The notes under the pieces: generated by a model | The model's database searches: none | What the model was told of the DNA's origin: nothing | The model's input: the letters and a program-made list of their open reading frames with translations, nothing else | Assembly: GCA_038087875.1 (NCBI GenBank) | Contig: CM075995.1 | Coordinates: forward strand, 8,248,001-8,312,000 | Source: Malacoraja senta | Lineage: Eukaryota | Reading direction: 5' to 3' | Length of the DNA: 64,000 nucleotides | Translations under genes and position numbers: made by a program | In this document: positions 62,101 to 64,000 of the stretch, one piece after another | Numbering within the stretch: position 1 is the first letter of the stretch | Layout: each line of letters begins with the position of its first letter

Positions 62101-64000
62101 AAATTGAGCAAATCTTTTATTAATATCCTTGGGTAGTGTTAATACTTCCCCTCTATCTGATTTAATCTTTAATATTGCATTCTCTTTTTCCCATTTTTTA
62201 AGTTGTCGTGCTAGAAGTTTGTGGGGTTTGTCCCCGAATTCGAAGTGTTCTTGTTTTGTGATTTGAAATAATGTTATAACTTTCTCTGACAGTAATTTAT
62301 TTAACTGAAATTTCAGTAGTAGTATTTTATTATGTTTATCCATAGTTGGGTCTTTAGCATTATCTATATCTAACTGTTTTATTTGATCTTCTAAGTGTCT
62401 TTGTTCATTCTTATTCTTTTTATTTTGATAAGCTTGAAATGAAATAATGACTCCTCTTATAAATGCTTTGAAGGATTCCCATAATAACGTGGGGGATATC
62501 TCTGGTGTATCATTTAACTCAAAAAATAGATCCATCTGTTTTTTTAGATAGATACTCCCTTGAGGGTCTTTTAAAATTTGTGAGTTAAACCTCCAGAACG
62601 GTTTATTCATAGACATTCCTTCTAGTTTTAGAACAAAAGTTAACGGAGAATGATCTGAGATCGCATTAATATGATATTTAGGATTCAGAGATTGCGAAAT
62701 TAATTTTGTATCCACAAGAAAATAGTCTATCCGTGAATATGTTTTATGCACCATTGAATAAAACGAGTAATCCCTTCCCGTCGGGTTTGCAATCCTCCAT
62801 ACATCTGTTATATTTGTGTTTTCCATATATGTGTGTAAGAGTTCACTGGTTTTAGATTTCGTCTGACCTTTTTGTTTTTGCATCGATTTATCTAAATAAG
62901 GATCTAAAACACAATTAAAATCTCCTCCGATTATAACATTTTGATAATTAGATTCTGCAATTATATTCAGAATTTTATTAAAAAATTGAGGGTTATCAAA
63001 GTTAGGCGCATATATGTTTACCAGCGTAATTGGCATATTATTGATCTCCCCTGCTACTATAAGATATCTCCCTTCCTTATCTAAAATAGTGTTCTTTGAT
63101 TTAAATGGAATTCCTTTACGAATAATAATTGCAGTACCTCTAGATTTGGAGGTAAATGAAGAGTGAAATGTTTGGCCTATCCAGTTCGCCCTCAGTCTTG
63201 TCTGATCTTGCTGTTTAAGATGTGTTTCCTGTAGAAACGCAATGTCCGTGTTGTATGATTTCAACTGAGCTAGTATCTTGCCCCTTTTAATAGGTTCATT
63301 AATCCCCCTTATATTCCAACTACATAATGTGATTCCTCCTATTTTCTTTTGATTGTCGTCATGCATTTTTACCAGTTTTAATGACCTTAATTATTGTGGT
63401 GCGTTCATACCTCCGGACTCTGGTTATTTTGGGAGTATTTCTATTATAGACTTCCTTGGTAGTTCTCCTGCGCGATTGTCCTTGAAGAAAAAACACACAG
63501 ATGTGACATATTGTGATTAAAAAAAATATATATAAATCAAATAAATTTACGGTGTCTAAAATTTCAACACCGTAGTGAGTGGCCCACTCGTCTGTGGGGT
63601 ACGACATCCATAACGCTTCCGGCGTAGTTGGTATAAAGTTAGCCCCGCTGTATTTATTACCCAAAATCTATGGGGTCATTACCGTTTCCAATTCAGTTCT
63701 GTTTCACCCAGTTACAATTTATATATGTGTCAAATGTATTCGATTCCATATCCTACTCACTCTTTATCTCTTAACTATTTTAAAATGAATTTAGTATTGT
63801 TAAAGTGAGCGGTTTACTGAGTGGATTAATCGGAGTCAGGTTCCTGGAATTGTGCCAGGTGCCTGATCTCCTCTCCTCTCCACGAGCTGCGAACATAGGT
63901 GATAACTGCTGTCTGCGTTATGACGCAGGCACCACAGTTTTATCAGTTTCAAATATTATTTCTATATTAGTATTGTTAATTATTAATTATGATTAATTCT
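59158..64000 (-). mobile_element. L1-clade LINE, apparently young; 5' part beyond the window
   Basis: Poly-A tail at 59158-59197, 3' UTR, intact ORF2 and a long upstream spacer. Confidence 0.95.
59575..63366 (-). CDS. L1 ORF2 polyprotein (APE endonuclease, RT, Cys-rich C-terminus), 1263 aa, uninterrupted
   Basis: SWNIRG, FLQETH, GGDFN, SRIDY, SDH; SLDAEKAFD, RQGCSLSP, YADD; CDKC..HSFVFC. Confidence 0.96.
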   Translation of the reverse strand: MHDDNQKKIGGITLCSWNIRGINEPIKRGKILAQLKSYNTDIAFLQETHLKQQDQTRLRANWIGQTFHSSFTSKSRGTAIIIRKGIPFKSKNTILDKEGRYLIVAGEINNMPITLVNIYAPNFDNPQFFNKILNIIAESNYQNVIIGGDFNCVLDPYLDKSMQKQKGQTKSKTSELLHTYMENTNITDVWRIANPTGRDYSFYSMVHKTYSRIDYFLVDTKLISQSLNPKYHINAISDHSPLTFVLKLEGMSMNKPFWRFNSQILKDPQGSIYLKKQMDLFFELNDTPEISPTLLWESFKAFIRGVIISFQAYQNKKNKNEQRHLEDQIKQLDIDNAKDPTMDKHNKILLLKFQLNKLLSEKVITLFQITKQEHFEFGDKPHKLLARQLKKWEKENAILKIKSDRGEVLTLPKDINKRFAQFYQNLYTSKTSIDNNKISEFLDNCNLPQLERREQEELGAQITSKEIEDTIKTLKNGKTPGPDGFSNEFYKSFYDIVTPRLQKMYTYAYKEQNLPETLAESTIILILKKDKNIEEPGSYRAIALLNTDQKIIAKTLANRLSKYVSRLIHEDQTGFIPKRHSFNNLRRLLNIMHSHKSDDQELAIISLDAEKAFDQVEWDYMIKVLQKFQLGENFIAWIKLLYNKPTARILTNNILSSKFELSRGNRQGCSLSPLLFALVIEPLAEKIRTHSNIHGYNTKYSNNKLSLYADDVLLYITKPQISIPNILNLIEDFGSFSGYRINWNKSEIMSIKPKDSTHLRKFPFKIAMEKFKYLGIEITRNYHDMFKANYNPLLKKLNNLIKFWKTLPMSLIGRINAIKMIFLPQILYLFQSIPIYLPKKFFKKLDSDITNFIWDYKSHRIQRTHLNKRKELGGLALPNFMYYNWAVNIKNMIHLLDNSAQQVDWIIMEKGDCSPNNIGAIILSPINLNNKNYNKNPIIYSTIRTWKQIKQNLKLRNLSLLIPIVNNPSFKPSIIDKAFIQWERMGIKTLEDLYELEKLLSFQQLQLKYNLKNNQYFKYLQICDYLKTHTKDYYNMPSDLLDEAMKTKAESVNLISYLYNIILNIEIPTTDGIRRDWEQDLGIKISKESWDNHLLQVHKCSINVRHTLIQFKTLHRLYYSKTKLNKIFPNVSPICDKCICQEATIAHSFVFCTKIQKFWFEIFDIFSKLIKIKLVPKPEWIIFGISEGIPELNVYQKNLLNYGLIMGKKLILKFWKNAPTPTIKMWTSNMLETLHLEEMRFLLVGKVDQFQKTWSTFLDLLQA

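Noticed and set aside
63359..63664. 101-aa ORF as L1 ORF1
   Set aside because: Too short, with no coiled-coil/RRM features; likely spacer sequence.

Overview
Repeat-dense vertebrate genomic DNA. The mix of HE1/V-type SINEs, CR1, Rex/Babar, Penelope, DIRS and ERV elements points to a cartilaginous fish such as a skate or ray (inference). One host gene is recognisable: three minus-strand coding exons (12580-12955, 10248-10419, 8692-8870) of a glyoxylate/hydroxypyruvate reductase-like D-2-hydroxyacid dehydrogenase. Its last exon was not found and probably lies left of the window; a degenerate copy of the third exon sits at 6309-6445. Almost everything else is mobile DNA: CR1, Rex/Babar, RTE and Tx1 fragments; an L1 with an intact 1263-aa ORF2; Helitron-like, Tc1, Harbinger-like and hAT non-autonomous elements; a DIRS element with intact termini and ICR but no recognisable RT; and a complete degenerate ERV (tRNA-Ser PBS). 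The ERV sits inside a hAT-like element with a 5-bp TSD and itself carries a CR1 and an inverted-arm Penelope with hammerhead-like motifs. The most unusual region is 17.7-34.5 kb, a direct/inverted triplication. There the two ends of one hAT insertion (same 8-bp TSD) are separated and flipped, and a mirror-symmetric CpG-rich promoter-like module is present twice. All family assignments were made by eye; no database search was run.
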